From an uncultured Chloroflexia bacterium (lineage in GTDB: Bacteria; Chloroflexota; Limnocylindria; Limnocylindrales; CSP1-4), in NCBI GenBank assembly GCA_963696405.1, contig CAVOJY010000002.1, positions 259,803 through 323,802 of the forward strand: a DNA stretch of 64,000 bases, given 5' to 3'. Under the pieces are notes generated by a model. The model made no database searches, was not told the DNA's origin, and saw only the letters and a list, made by a program, of their open reading frames with translations. Positions 9,708 to 19,464 of the stretch are shown piece by piece. The stretch's first letter is position 1, and each line of letters begins with the position of its first letter. Both the position numbers and the translations under genes were made by a program.

Positions 9708-10085
9708 TCAGTTCAGGTCCGGTCGATCTACGCGGACGACGAGCGTGCGGAACGTCTCGTCTTCATCGGTATCCAGGTCGCCCTCGTCGCCATCCTCATC
9801 GTCGTCCCGGTCTTCGATTGCGGCCAGGACGTTCTCCTCCTCGACAGCGGACACATTCACCGCTGCGCGGAGGTGCCGGTCATCGATGTAGATGAACTCG
9901 TGGCTCCGCTCGAGTTCGCGTGCCACGGCTGCCACGAGGGTATCCTCCTCGAACCTGTCGAGGACCTTCGCGCGTGCCTCTATCACGAGGTCGAAGAACT
10001 CGTCCTCGCTGAAGTCCTCGGCGTGGGCAAGGAGCGCGTCGCTGAACAGCTCATCGTCGCTCTCGTGGAGCTCGTAGAAGTACAA
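9708..10085 (-). CDS. hypothetical highly acidic small protein
   Basis: 125 aa. TTG 10085 sits 5 nt after GAGGTG. Very Asp/Glu-rich (EDRDDDEDGDEGDLDTDEDE). No recognised domain. Confidence 0.5.
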   Translation of the reverse strand: MYFYELHESDDELFSDALLAHAEDFSEDEFFDLVIEARAKVLDRFEEDTLVAAVARELERSHEFIYIDDRHLRAAVNVSAVEEENVLAAIEDRDDDEDGDEGDLDTDEDETFRTLVVRVDRPDLN

Positions 10086-10180
10086 ATGGTCACCTCGGTG
10101 GGCGGGAGCCGCCGGATCGGTGGTTCCCGGGCGAGTATAGACCCGGCCCCCGTGCCGCCCGGAACCCGGGAGCGGCGGTC

Positions 10181-11179
10181 GTGAACGACCGCCCGTCGCT
10201 CGACGGGACAACCGCGAGCACCCCGGCCGCGCAGACGGCCCCAGGCGCGCAGACGGCCCCGGGTGTCCGGGTGGCCCAGCCTCGCCCCGCCGTCGTGGTC
10301 GCAGGGTCGGCGACGCGCGACGTGGACCCGTCCGACGGGCGGGGTTGGCGGCTGGGTGGCACGGCCCCGTACGTCTCGCTCGGCATCGCTCGACTCGGGT
10401 TTCCCGTTGGTCTGCTGCTCGGCGCCGACGATCAGGCGGCGGGGGCGCGCGAGCTCGACCTGCTGCGCGCCGCGGGTATCGCCCTCAGGCTGGTGCCGCT
10501 CCGGGAAGGCCCCGTGTTCGACAACCGGGAGACACCGGGCGGACGTCACCAGGTCTGCCTCTCGGTGGGCGATGAGCTGGCGCCACGGACCATGCCCGCG
10601 GCCTGGGAAGCGGCATCCACCCTCGTGCTCGCGCCCGTCGCTGGCGAGCTCGGCGCTGCGTGGGCCGACGCGCTCCCGGGCGCCGTGCTCGTCGCGCTCG
10701 CGCTCCAGGGAACCCTGCGGGTCCTCTCGCCCGGCCGGCCAACCGCGCTCCGGCCACCGCGGCGCGACGCGCTCACGGCGCGGGCCGATCTCCTCATGGT
10801 GGGCCGCGACGACATCTCCAGTGCTGGTACGGGCGATCCCCTCAATTCCCTGCTCGGACGCTCGGGCCAGCGGATGGTGGTCACCGCCGGCACGTCCGGC
10901 GCACTCCTCCTCCGGCGCGGCGCCGACGGCCGGCTCGCCGCCCGGCGGTGCGGGATCGTGCCGACAGACGCGGTCGTCGATCTGACCGGCGCCGGCGACG
11001 CGTTCTTCGCGGGGTGGATCGCGGCGACGCTGGCGACCAGGGACGCCGCGGACTCGCGCGCCCTCCTGGTTGCAGCGGCAGCGGCCTCCCTCAAGGTAGA
11101 GGGCTACGGGCTCGCCGGCCTTCCAACCGCGTCCGCGCTGCGTCGCCGGCTACGCGAGGCCGGCCTGGCGCGGGGCTGA
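10181..11179 (+). CDS. PfkB-family carbohydrate/nucleoside kinase
   Basis: 332-aa ORF with the C-terminal PfkB signature DLTGAGDAFFAGWIAA. GTG start. Confidence 0.8.
   Translation: MNDRPSLDGTTASTPAAQTAPGAQTAPGVRVAQPRPAVVVAGSATRDVDPSDGRGWRLGGTAPYVSLGIARLGFPVGLLLGADDQAAGARELDLLRAAGIALRLVPLREGPVFDNRETPGGRHQVCLSVGDELAPRTMPAAWEAASTLVLAPVAGELGAAWADALPGAVLVALALQGTLRVLSPGRPTALRPPRRDALTARADLLMVGRDDISSAGTGDPLNSLLGRSGQRMVVTAGTSGALLLRRGADGRLAARRCGIVPTDAVVDLTGAGDAFFAGWIAATLATRDAADSRALLVAAAAASLKVEGYGLAGLPTASALRRRLREAGLARG
10229..10264 (+). repeat. in-frame 18-bp tandem duplication (2 copies, 16/18)
   Basis: gcgcagacggccccaggc / gcgcagacggccccgggt, encoding AQTAPG-AQTAPG in the kinase N-terminus. Confidence 0.85.
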
Positions 11180-12613
11180 AACAGCCACGAGGGGGCGGAC
11201 CGGGCAGATCGACGATCGACTCGACTCCAGCGCTGCACCCGGTCCCCGGCCTCGTGCGGTCTTCTTGCGGAGGCGGACGAGGCGCCTGGCCAGGTCGCGT
11301 TCCACCCCGAATGCGGGTCGCCCGAGATGACGGTCCCGCTCAGCGAGACGCGCGGCGCGCTCGGCCGCGGAGAGTGCGGCCGGCGGGTCGCGGCGGACGT
11401 GCTCGTCGTGCTTCGCGACCTGGACCCACGCGTGCGCCGCGAGCCGGCCGCCGCCGGTCGCCAGCTCGAGCCAGGCCCCCCGGGCCGTCTCGCGGCGCCC
11501 CGCAAGCCGCAGGACCCGCGCCCGCTCTGCCGCGATGCGGTCGCGCTCGACGGCCGCGTGGGGCCATCCTCCGGCCGAGCCGCGCGGGCTGTCCCGGGCG
11601 CCGTACCGCTCCGGCGACCAGCCGCCGTACGTCCGCTCCCCCCGCGAGCACCGACCTGCCGTTTCCAGCGCCGCGTCGCAGCAGGCAAGCGCCTCGTCGA
11701 ACCGGCGGCGCCGCGCGTAGGCGCGTCCGAGCGCGGCCACGTCCCCGGGGTGCTCGCGACATCGCACGTCGGGGTCCGCGAGCCGGCCGGCAAGGTGGGC
11801 CAGGAGCAGCCCGAGCGAGACGACGTCCTGTGCGTTGTGCCGCAGGACCGCACGAAGCGGTTCAGGACGGCCGGTGCGCAGGTACTCGAAGTAGCGGGCG
11901 GGGATAAGCGCGCCCGGCAGGTCGTCACCGCGGCGGATCCCGAGCACGCCCGCCTCGACGGTCGCGAGCCGGGCATCCTCTAGCCGGTGGCGCCAGAGCT
12001 GCCGTGCGATCGGCAGAAGATCGAGGTGCCCCCCAAGCACGGGCGGCGGACCGCGGTGGAGCCGGTACCGGGTGGAGAGCAGCGGCCAGTCGAAACCGCG
12101 GCCGTTGTAGGTCACGAGCCAGGCCCCCTCGGGGATGATGGCCTCCAGCGCGGCGAGGAAGGCGGGCTCATCGGGATGGTCTGGAAGAAGGAGTTGCTCG
12201 ATGGCGAACCGGCGCCCATCCCAGCGGCCGAGGCCGACCAGGAACGCGACCGTGCCGGCGGCCGTTCCGAGGCCGGTGGTTTCCGTGTCCAGGCAGACGA
12301 GCGGGCGCGAGGTGTCGACCTGCCAGGGGAGGGAACCCAGCCGTTCGAGCGGCGCGGAGAGGTCCGCCGACGCGGAGATCTCCGCCGAGGCATGGACGTG
12401 GACGACCGCGCCGTCGGGGCCGTCTTCCAGGGTTCCGCCGAGTACGTCGGCCAGACGCGACGCGCGGGCCCGGGACGCCGCGCCGCCGGCCCGGTCACGC
12501 GGCGTCGGATCCGGGACGGCGCTCCCCGGAACGACCAGGCGCTGGCGACGAAGCCGGTCGAGGCGGCGGGACCAGTCGACCACGTCGGCCCGAGCATCCG
12601 ATGCCACCGTCAT
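11150..12613 (-). CDS. mrfB: RNase H-like 3'-5' exonuclease, YprB/MrfB family, with a helical-repeat C-terminal extension
   Basis: LVCLDTETTGL, LVTYNGRGFDWPLL and HNAQDVVSL exonuclease motifs. ATG 12613 with AGGAGG 11 nt upstream. Immediately downstream of the YprA/MrfA-like helicase. Confidence 0.7.
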   Translation of the reverse strand: MTVASDARADVVDWSRRLDRLRRQRLVVPGSAVPDPTPRDRAGGAASRARASRLADVLGGTLEDGPDGAVVHVHASAEISASADLSAPLERLGSLPWQVDTSRPLVCLDTETTGLGTAAGTVAFLVGLGRWDGRRFAIEQLLLPDHPDEPAFLAALEAIIPEGAWLVTYNGRGFDWPLLSTRYRLHRGPPPVLGGHLDLLPIARQLWRHRLEDARLATVEAGVLGIRRGDDLPGALIPARYFEYLRTGRPEPLRAVLRHNAQDVVSLGLLLAHLAGRLADPDVRCREHPGDVAALGRAYARRRRFDEALACCDAALETAGRCSRGERTYGGWSPERYGARDSPRGSAGGWPHAAVERDRIAAERARVLRLAGRRETARGAWLELATGGGRLAAHAWVQVAKHDEHVRRDPPAALSAAERAARLAERDRHLGRPAFGVERDLARRLVRLRKKTARGRGPGAALESSRSSICPVRPLVAVSAPRQAGLA

Positions 12614-12656
12614 GCGTTCATCGTCCTCCTGCCGCGTGACACCTCGGGTGACACGC

Positions 12657-15042
12657 TCAGGCGACGTCCGGGATCCGCATGTCGTCCGGCGCGCGTCGTC
12701 CCGCACGCCGCCCCGCGCCGCCCTGCGCCCCCGCCTGGCCCCGCTCCCCGGTGAGCGCGGCGAGCAGCGCCTCCGCCATCCGCTTCCCGTCGCCGCCTGT
12801 CTCGAGCCGCGGGCCGGTGCACGCCGGGCACCCCGCCTCGCAGGGGCACTTCCGGACCAGGTCGAGCGCCCCCGCGACAAGCTCGAGATGCCGCTCGTAG
12901 AGCCGGTGCGCGAGCCCGACCCCGCCGGGCACGCCGTCGTAGAGGTAGACGACCGGCCGTTCGGCGTGCGGCGACCTCACCTGCACGACCAGCCCGAGAT
13001 CGTGCGGGTCGCTCATGAGCAGGAGGCTGCCGATCGCCTGGAGTGCTCGCCCCGCGCCCACCAGGGCCACGTCGAGATCGTCACGGCGCCAGCCCGCGAC
13101 CGCCTCCCCGTCGAAGGCAACCCAGTACGCCGTCGTGTGCATTTCCAGCTCGGGGAGATGGATTCGGCCCCACCCGAGGTTCTCGTTCGTCTCGAGCTTC
13201 AGCTTCTTGTAGATCGTGGCGAGCGTGCTCAGCATGACCTCGCCGTGGCACCGCTCGCCCGCAGGGACCGGTGTCGACGCGAACGTGTCGAGCGGTTTCA
13301 GTGTCACCGCGAGGTCGGCCTGCGTGTAGTGGCCCACGTCCACCCGGCGGACGTACGCCTTCCGCTCGTCCCAGTCGAGGCGGTCCACGTGGAACTGCGC
13401 CGACTCGTGGAGGTAGATCGCGCCTTCGTGGACGAGGGTCGGCGCGGAGAAGAGGTCCACCTCCCCGATGACCCGGGGGCGATCGCCGGTGGTGTCGATG
13501 ATGACCACGTTCTCCGGGGCGGCCGTCCGGAGCGAGATTTCGCTCGCCGGGAAGTTCTCGCTCGCCCAGTACCAGCGGCCGTCGTGCGCCTGTCGCACGT
13601 GGCCCTCCTCGGCGAGGAACGCGAGGAGGTCGTCGGCAGGACCAGGGCCAAACGCCTCGCCCGGCGCGAAGGGCAGCTCGAATGCGGCCGCCCGCAGGTG
13701 CGCGAGGAGGACGTGGAGGTTGTCGGGATCGAGGCGCGCCTCCTCCGGCGAGCGGTCGAAGAGGTACTCCGGGTGCGCGGCGACGTACTGGTCCACGGCG
13801 CTGCTCGTGGCGACGAGTGCGGCCACGCTGGCATCGGTGCGGCGGCCCGCCCGGCCCATCTGCTGCCAGGTCCCGGCGATCGAGCCCGGGTAGCCGGCGA
13901 GGACGGCCGCGTCCATCCGCCCGATGTCCACGCCCAGTTCGAGGGCGTTCGTGGCCACCACCCCGAGCACCTCGCCCGACCGCAGCCCCTCCTCGATGGC
14001 CCGCCGCTCGCGTCGGCAGGTATCCGCCGCGGTAGCCCCGCACGCGATCCACCGGCCCCCGCCCCTCGCGGAGCGCCTCGCGCAACCCGCTGAGGAGCAA
14101 CTCGACCCCCACCCGGGACCGGCCGAAGACGATCGTCTGGTGCCCGGCGCGCATGAAGGCGAGGGCGACCCGGCGCGAGAGCCCGTACGCGCTCGCCCGA
14201 ACGCCGAGCGACGCATCGAGCATCGGCGGATCGAGTATTAGGACGTGACGCTCGCCCGACGGCGCCCCGTTGCGGTCGATGAGCCGCGGCTCGCGTCCCG
14301 TGAGCATCCGAGCCAGCTCGGCGGGGTTCCCGATGGTGGCCGAGCAGCAGACGATCTGCGGCCGGCTGCCGTAGTGGTCGCACACGCGGAGGAGCCGCCG
14401 CAGCACGTTCGCAACGTGGCTTCCGAAGACCCCCCGGTACGTGTGGAGCTCGTCGACCACGATGTACCGCAGCTGCTCGAAGAGCTGGAACCACTTCGTG
14501 TGGTGCGGCAGGATCGCCGAGTGGAGCATGTCGGGGTTCGTCACCACGACCTGCCCGGCCGAGCGGATCGACGAGCGGATGGGCGCCGGCGTGTCGCCGT
14601 CGTACGTTGCGCAGGCGACGTCCACCCCCGCGGCGGCCGCCAGCTCGCGAAAGGCCGCCACCTGGTCCTGGCCCAGGGCCTTGGTGGGGAAGAGGTAGAG
14701 GGCGCGGGCAGCGGCGTCCCCGGCAACGGCCTCAAGAACCGGGAGGTTGTAGCAGAGCGTCTTGCCGGAGGCGGTCGGGGTCACCACCACGACGTCCTCG
14801 CCCCGCCGCAGCGCCTCGATGGCCTCGGCCTGGTGGCTGTAGAGCTGCTCGATGCCCTGCGAGGCGAGGCCTGCCACCACGCTCGGGTGCAGCCACGAAG
14901 GGAGTGGCGCGTAGGAGCCCTCCCGGACCGGGACGACGCGATGTTCCACCACGGTGGAGGAGATCGATGGGTCCGCGAGCAGCTGCTCGAGGACCGAAAC
15001 GACCGGGGCCGGCGAGTAGAGACGCATCGCACCATACCGCAC
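12657..15042 (-). pseudogene. mrfA: DEAD/DEAH-box helicase with C-terminal DUF1998 (YprA/MrfA family), single frameshift
   Basis: N-terminal part is in ORF 13081..15042 (LYSHQAEAIE, VVVTPTASGKT, VVDELH). C-terminal part is in ORF 12657..14216 (ATNALELGVDIG, CPCEAGCPAC). Frames join between YRGGYLPT and ERRAIEEG at about 14005-14020. Alternative start ATG 15027. Confidence 0.8.
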
Positions 15043-15202
15043 ATACGTTCGATTTGCGCGGTGAGTCTAGCAGGGCAGTCAAGCGATGGCGAGGCCTTTC
15101 TTGTGGACAGGCAGGCCCGATTCGGTGCGGAGGCGAGCGCGCCGGGCGAGCGCCGCGCGTTGGACCGGGACTACCGGCCGTGCCCGATGGGTCGAGCGCC
15201 TG

Positions 15203-15232
15203 TTGACACGGCAGCTGCCCCCGAGCTACCCT
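15203..15232 (+). promoter_or_regulatory. sigma70-like promoter TTGACA-18-TACCCT, placing the transcription start at or next to ATG 15242 (leaderless)
   Basis: TTGACA at 15203-15208 and TACCCT at 15227-15232. Nine nt to the ATG and no SD. Confidence 0.45.
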
Positions 15233-15241
15233 CCCGGCACC

Positions 15242-15733
15242 ATGAGTCGGCCGGAGCCGGGACTCCGGTTCGCGTACGAGCGGGCCGGGCACGAGGCGAG
15301 CAGTCGCGTCACCGCTCCCGTGAGCCGATCGGGCACGCCCGCGACCGACCCGTCGTCTTCTCCCTGGTTCGACCGTCGGGCGCTCCTCCTGCTGATCCTC
15401 GTCGTTGCCGTCGCGTGGCTCGTGTTCGTCTTCGGTCGTGCGGTCGCCGACTCCAAGGCGGCCACCGATCGCGCCGAGCGGGCCCGGGCGGAGAATGCCG
15501 CGATGGAGCGCCGCCTCGACTCGCGACAGGTCGAGCTGGCGACGGTCCAGTCGCCGGCGTTCGTCACCCTCCAGGCGCGCACGTTCGGCATCGGGTCGTC
15601 ACGGGAGCAGGTGTTCGGGCTCGAGCCGGGCGCCCCCCCGCCGCCATCGATCCCCATGCTCGGCGAGGAGCCGGCCGCCGCGGGACAGTCGAGTCCGCTC
15701 GACGACTGGCTCGACCTCCTCTTCGGGCCCTGA
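15242..15733 (+). CDS. FtsB/DivIC-like septum formation initiator family protein
   Basis: Cytoplasmic N-terminus, one TM helix (ALLLLILVVAVAWLVFVF), then a coiled-coil-like segment (KAATDRAERARAENAAMERRLDSRQVEL). Start supported by the promoter geometry. Confidence 0.55.
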   Translation: MSRPEPGLRFAYERAGHEASSRVTAPVSRSGTPATDPSSSPWFDRRALLLLILVVAVAWLVFVFGRAVADSKAATDRAERARAENAAMERRLDSRQVELATVQSPAFVTLQARTFGIGSSREQVFGLEPGAPPPPSIPMLGEEPAAAGQSSPLDDWLDLLFGP

Positions 15734-15747
15734 GGCAACGGGGCACC

Positions 15748-15820
15748 GCCCCCGAGGTGGCAGACACTGCCCCCGAGGTGGCAGACACTGCCCCCGAGGT
15801 GGCAGACACTGCCCCCGAGG
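15748..15820. repeat. perfect 21-bp tandem repeat x3.5 (gcccccgaggtggcagacact) carrying three phased 13-bp palindromes GGCAGACACTGCC
   Basis: Units at 15748-15768, 15769-15789 and 15790-15810, partial unit 15811-15820. Palindromes at 15759-71, 15780-92 and 15801-13. Intergenic. Confidence 0.95.
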
Positions 15821-15928
15821 CACCCCGGCAAGACCCCGGCGCAGCCCGGTAAGCTATCGGCGGAGGCCGCGGCGCGGCACAGCGGTTCGCAGGGGACTGC
15901 TGCCGGCGCCGGGCCACGGGAGGCGTCG

Positions 15929-16228
15929 ATGCCCAGGCGTGTCACCGGACTGTTCGCGAGCGTGGTGGTCCTTGCAGCCGTCGCAGGCTGCGGTGGAGGT
16001 GAGACGGTCGACGTCTCGACCATCGAGGCGAACCTCAAGGCTCAGTTCGAGCCCCAGACCAAGGTCACCCTCGCCGATCTCTCCTGCCCCGCCGATGGGC
16101 CGGTCAAGGTCGGAGCCACGATCGAGTGCAGCGGCACCGCCGTGGACGGGGACAAGTACGTCTTCAGCGTCAAGGTGAAGGACGCGTCCGGCAACCTCGC
16201 CTGGCAGTCGACCAACCTGAACCCGTAG
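15929..16228 (+). CDS. DUF4333-like lipoprotein
   Basis: Lipobox LAAVAGC after a signal sequence; small Cys-containing domain (LSCPADGPVKVGATIECSG). GGGAGG SD. Confidence 0.7.
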   Translation: MPRRVTGLFASVVVLAAVAGCGGGETVDVSTIEANLKAQFEPQTKVTLADLSCPADGPVKVGATIECSGTAVDGDKYVFSVKVKDASGNLAWQSTNLNP

Positions 16229-16463
16229 CGGCTCCCTGACTGCGCCGGCCCGGCGGTCTTCCTTGCCGGGATCACGGGCGCGGGACCGCGCTGGTTTGCC
16301 GTCACCGGCTGGTAGAACGCGCTGACCCGCACACCCGCGCAGCGTGGCCAATCAATAGCGCTCCCCATCCCGCGATTCGGGTTACGATGCGCGGCTCGAC
16401 GGTCTTCCCGCCGGGCCGGCGCACCGCCGAAACCGGCCTTCACACGCGGGAGAGTGAGACCAC

Positions 16464-17222
16464 ATGCAAAGCCGACTCCGCATCATCGGAGCCGTCATCG
16501 CCGTGATGGGCGTGATCGCCCTGCTCGGAGGCGCCTATGGCTACATGCGCGCCCAGGAAGGAGCCAGGTCACTCCAGGGGTTCAGCGAGGCGCAGAACGT
16601 CACGCTGAGCTACAACGACCAGGGGCAGCTCATCAGTCGTGGCTCCCCCGAGAGGGCCGCCGCGATCCTGGCTCTGCTCAGCGACAGCTGGAAGTGGCCC
16701 GTCAACAAGGGCGACCTCAACCCCAACGACAAGCTGGTCGACACGGGCACGGAATACATGTTCCAGATGGCCACCATCGCCTACGACATCCTGGAGGGGA
16801 CGCAGTCGGTGACCCTGCCCGAGCGCGTCGAATACAACGGCGACGGTCAGGAGGGAATCGCTGCCGATGCGAAGGTCTACTCGCCGGCGACGCTCCCCGG
16901 AGGCGTCTGGGACCCGGCGGTCGAGGGCACGGACAAGGACGCGGTCTTCGAGCCCGGGACGTACATCGTCCCCGTGAACGGGCGGTACTTCACCGGCTTC
17001 AACCGGCTGCACCCGCTCGATGGCAAGGCGCGCGAGCAAGCGTGGTCCGGTCTCGCCCACGGCCTCTTCGCCGAACTGGGCGTCGGCGCGACTACGGCCT
17101 CGGTCCTCGAGCTGGCCACGATGGTCGCATTGCTCGTCCTCGGCTTCGGGCTCATCTTCATCGTCGCCGGCCTCGGCCTCGTGTGGGCCGCCTGGCCGAA
17201 GAAGGCGGAGGCCTCGGCCTGA
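16464..17222 (+). CDS. hypothetical membrane protein (N- and C-terminal TM helices flanking an extracytoplasmic domain)
   Basis: 252-aa ORF. TM helices IIGAVIAVMGVIALLGGAYGY and VALLVLGFGLIFIVAGLGLVWAAW. GGGAGAG SD. Confidence 0.6.
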   Translation: MQSRLRIIGAVIAVMGVIALLGGAYGYMRAQEGARSLQGFSEAQNVTLSYNDQGQLISRGSPERAAAILALLSDSWKWPVNKGDLNPNDKLVDTGTEYMFQMATIAYDILEGTQSVTLPERVEYNGDGQEGIAADAKVYSPATLPGGVWDPAVEGTDKDAVFEPGTYIVPVNGRYFTGFNRLHPLDGKAREQAWSGLAHGLFAELGVGATTASVLELATMVALLVLGFGLIFIVAGLGLVWAAWPKKAEASA

Positions 17223-17234
17223 CGATCCGGTAGC

Positions 17235-17320
17235 CAGTTCGAGCCACAGACCAAGGTCACTCCTGCCGATCTCTCCCGCCGGCCGTCCGGCCACCCCAGG
17301 GATCGGCGCCACGAAACAGG
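17235..17320 (+). pseudogene. decayed fragment of a second DUF4333 gene (internal part only)
   Basis: 17235-17286 matches 16043-16094: the first 26 nt have one mismatch, then similarity degrades. Translates as QFEPQTKVTPADLS..GRPATPGIGAT versus QFEPQTKVTLADLSCPADGPVKVGAT. No signal peptide or start codon. Confidence 0.45.
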
Positions 17321-17379
17321 CCCGGCGGTTCTCCGCCGGGCCCGTCGATTCCCTCGGCGATTGCCGGTCCCGGCCCCGG

Positions 17380-18407
17380 CTATGCCAGCCAGGGGAGCGT
17401 GACGGGCAGGATGATGTTCACGATGAGGCCCAGGACGAGGAACGAGCCCGCCAGGCGGGTGTGGATCATGGCCGCGCCTACGAACCAGAGGGGCCAGATC
17501 GGGTAGTCGGGCGGCGGGGCCTCCGGCTTCGGCTTGCGGAAGACCCCGAGAACGAACGCCAGGCGGGGGAGCGCAAGGAGGACCACCCCGACCCACGGCC
17601 CGATGAGCCCGGCCAGCACGAGGCCCAGCAGGATCGGGTAGAAGGCCACCATCATGCCCATCGTGAGCAGCTTCGCCGGCCGCTCGCCGATGATCACCGG
17701 CAGCGTGTGGATCCCCTTCTCCCGGTCGGGCTCGATCTTGTCGACGTGCTTGCCCAGGAGGACGGTGGTCACCAGGATGGCGTAGGGGATCGTGGCGATC
17801 CAGACCCAGCCCGGGATCCCGCCGGTGGCCACGAAATAGGTGCCGCCGATCATGAGCGGACCCCAGACGATGAACACGCCCGGCTCGCCCAGGCCGTGGT
17901 GCTTGAGGCGGATCGGCGGGGCGACGTAGAAGAGCGAGATGAAGGCGCCGCCCAGGGCGAAGACCACCACCGGCCACCCGCGCTCGACCGTGAGGTAGGC
18001 CATGATCGCGAGGTCGACTAGGTTCGCGATGAGGATCGCGGTCGCCAGCGTCCGCTTCGACACCATGCCCGACAGGATCGGGTGGGGGCGTACTGCGCCC
18101 TGACGTACTCGTTGGTGTCGACGCCGCTCTCCAGGTCGAAGTAGTCGTTGATCATGTTGTTCGCCGCGTGGGCGATCACGATCCCGACCACGGCCAGCGT
18201 GGCGAACCAGTAGTTCACCCCTGCCGGATCCACGCCAACCGCGAGGAGCGCGCCGATGAGCCCCGACAGGAGGGTCATCACGAAGACGCCGGCGCGGGTG
18301 ATCAGGAGCCACTTCGACCCCCAGTCGAGGGCCGCGACGTTCGTGCCGACGGGCACGCTTGCCGTCTCGAGGATGAACCGCCAGGTGGCGACGCGCGAGG
18401 TGGACAT
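17380..18407 (-). pseudogene. UbiA-family prenyltransferase (MenA-like), single frameshift in a homopolymer
   Basis: N-terminal part in ORF 18018..18407 (HAANNMINDYFDLESGVD). The remainder is in ORF 17380..18525 (PILSGMVSKRT... with multiple TM helices). Frames join at the G5 run 18084-18088; one extra G would restore YAPHPILSG. Confidence 0.75.
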
Positions 18408-18615
18408 GCGGGGCTGAACCTCTGGATGGTGAACCGGGGGCCGCCGTTGGCCGGCAGAGCGCGCGGGCGGGAACGTCCGTCAAAGAGTGCCCGTGGGCGC
18501 CCACATCGTACCGCTTGCCATCCATTCGGGCCTCGTGGGTCGGCGGTTCTCGCGAGGCGCCCAGGGCGCTACCATGGTCTGGCGAACGAGTCAGTCGGTC
18601 GAAGGGAGGTCACCG

Positions 18616-19443
18616 ATGAGGCGGACCACGTTCTCTATTGTGGCGGCGGCCGCGCTCGCCTTGGCGGTCGCTTGGCCGGTCGGGGCGGTTGCGTCCTATG
18701 CAGCGGCGACGTGGAAGGCGACCTTCGGGACGAACGCGTACTACGGGACCGCGACGCTGACCGCCAGCTCCTCGAGTACAGGATCGCTTGGGCTGAAGGC
18801 GCGGCGCCTCGTCGGCCTGGGGGTCTACTCGATCACCATCCGCCGCGGCACCTGCGCCTCGCCGGGCACGCTGCTCGCGACGCTGCCGACCACCACGTCA
18901 CAACGGACCGGGACCATCTCGCGGACATACGCTCTCACGGTGACGCAGATGAGGCCCGTTCTGAAGGCGGCCGCACAGCTGACCCTCTGGATGGTCAAGG
19001 GATCCACCCAGCGATGCGGCCTGCTCAAGGCCCAGCTTCCGCGCGGTGTCGTCCCCGTCAACCGCCGCATGCTCATACCCCACACGGCCGATGGCGCAGT
19101 CGGGATGCACTGGCTGACGGTCCTCGGGGCCGAGACGTGGGATCCGCCGCCGGGCTGGGACGGCGTCGTGGAGGACGGCGATGTTGCGCTCGCAGTTCAC
19201 GTGCGGATGAGCGCGGTCGAGAAGACCGGCTACGGCCCAGACCGTTTCGCGATCCGCACGCCGGGCCACGTTGACATCCCACCACAGCCCGGTCGAGAGC
19301 CCCGGCTACCCTTCGGGACATTGGCGCCCGGCGCGATCGTGGACGGGTGGGTCACCTTCGTGGTCAATGAGGACGAGCTGGGCGAGCTGATCCTGCTCTA
19401 CGGGCCGGCTTCGGAGGTGCTGCTCACGTTCGCGCTGTCCTGA
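18616..19443 (+). CDS. hypothetical secreted protein
   Basis: ATG 18616 after GAAGGGAGG. Signal peptide MRRTTFSIVAAAALALAVAWPVGAVA. C-terminal beta-rich domain (DGWVTFVV). Confidence 0.6.
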   Translation: MRRTTFSIVAAAALALAVAWPVGAVASYAAATWKATFGTNAYYGTATLTASSSSTGSLGLKARRLVGLGVYSITIRRGTCASPGTLLATLPTTTSQRTGTISRTYALTVTQMRPVLKAAAQLTLWMVKGSTQRCGLLKAQLPRGVVPVNRRMLIPHTADGAVGMHWLTVLGAETWDPPPGWDGVVEDGDVALAVHVRMSAVEKTGYGPDRFAIRTPGHVDIPPQPGREPRLPFGTLAPGAIVDGWVTFVVNEDELGELILLYGPASEVLLTFALS

Positions 19444-19464
19444 CGGCCGGTCCCGGCGGCGGCC

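Noticed and set aside
15748-15820. Possible CRISPR array.
   Set aside because: The 21-bp units are directly abutting with no spacers. There are only 3.5 copies and no cas genes in the window. It is a simple tandem repeat.
15731-15931. TGA readthrough fusing the FtsB-like gene to the DUF4333 gene. The frame is stop-free and in phase across the 21-bp repeats, reading PPRWQTL x3.
   Set aside because: A 66-codon stop-free stretch and a 1-in-3 phase coincidence are unremarkable at this GC content. The downstream gene has its own GGGAGG SD, ATG and lipoprotein signal peptide.
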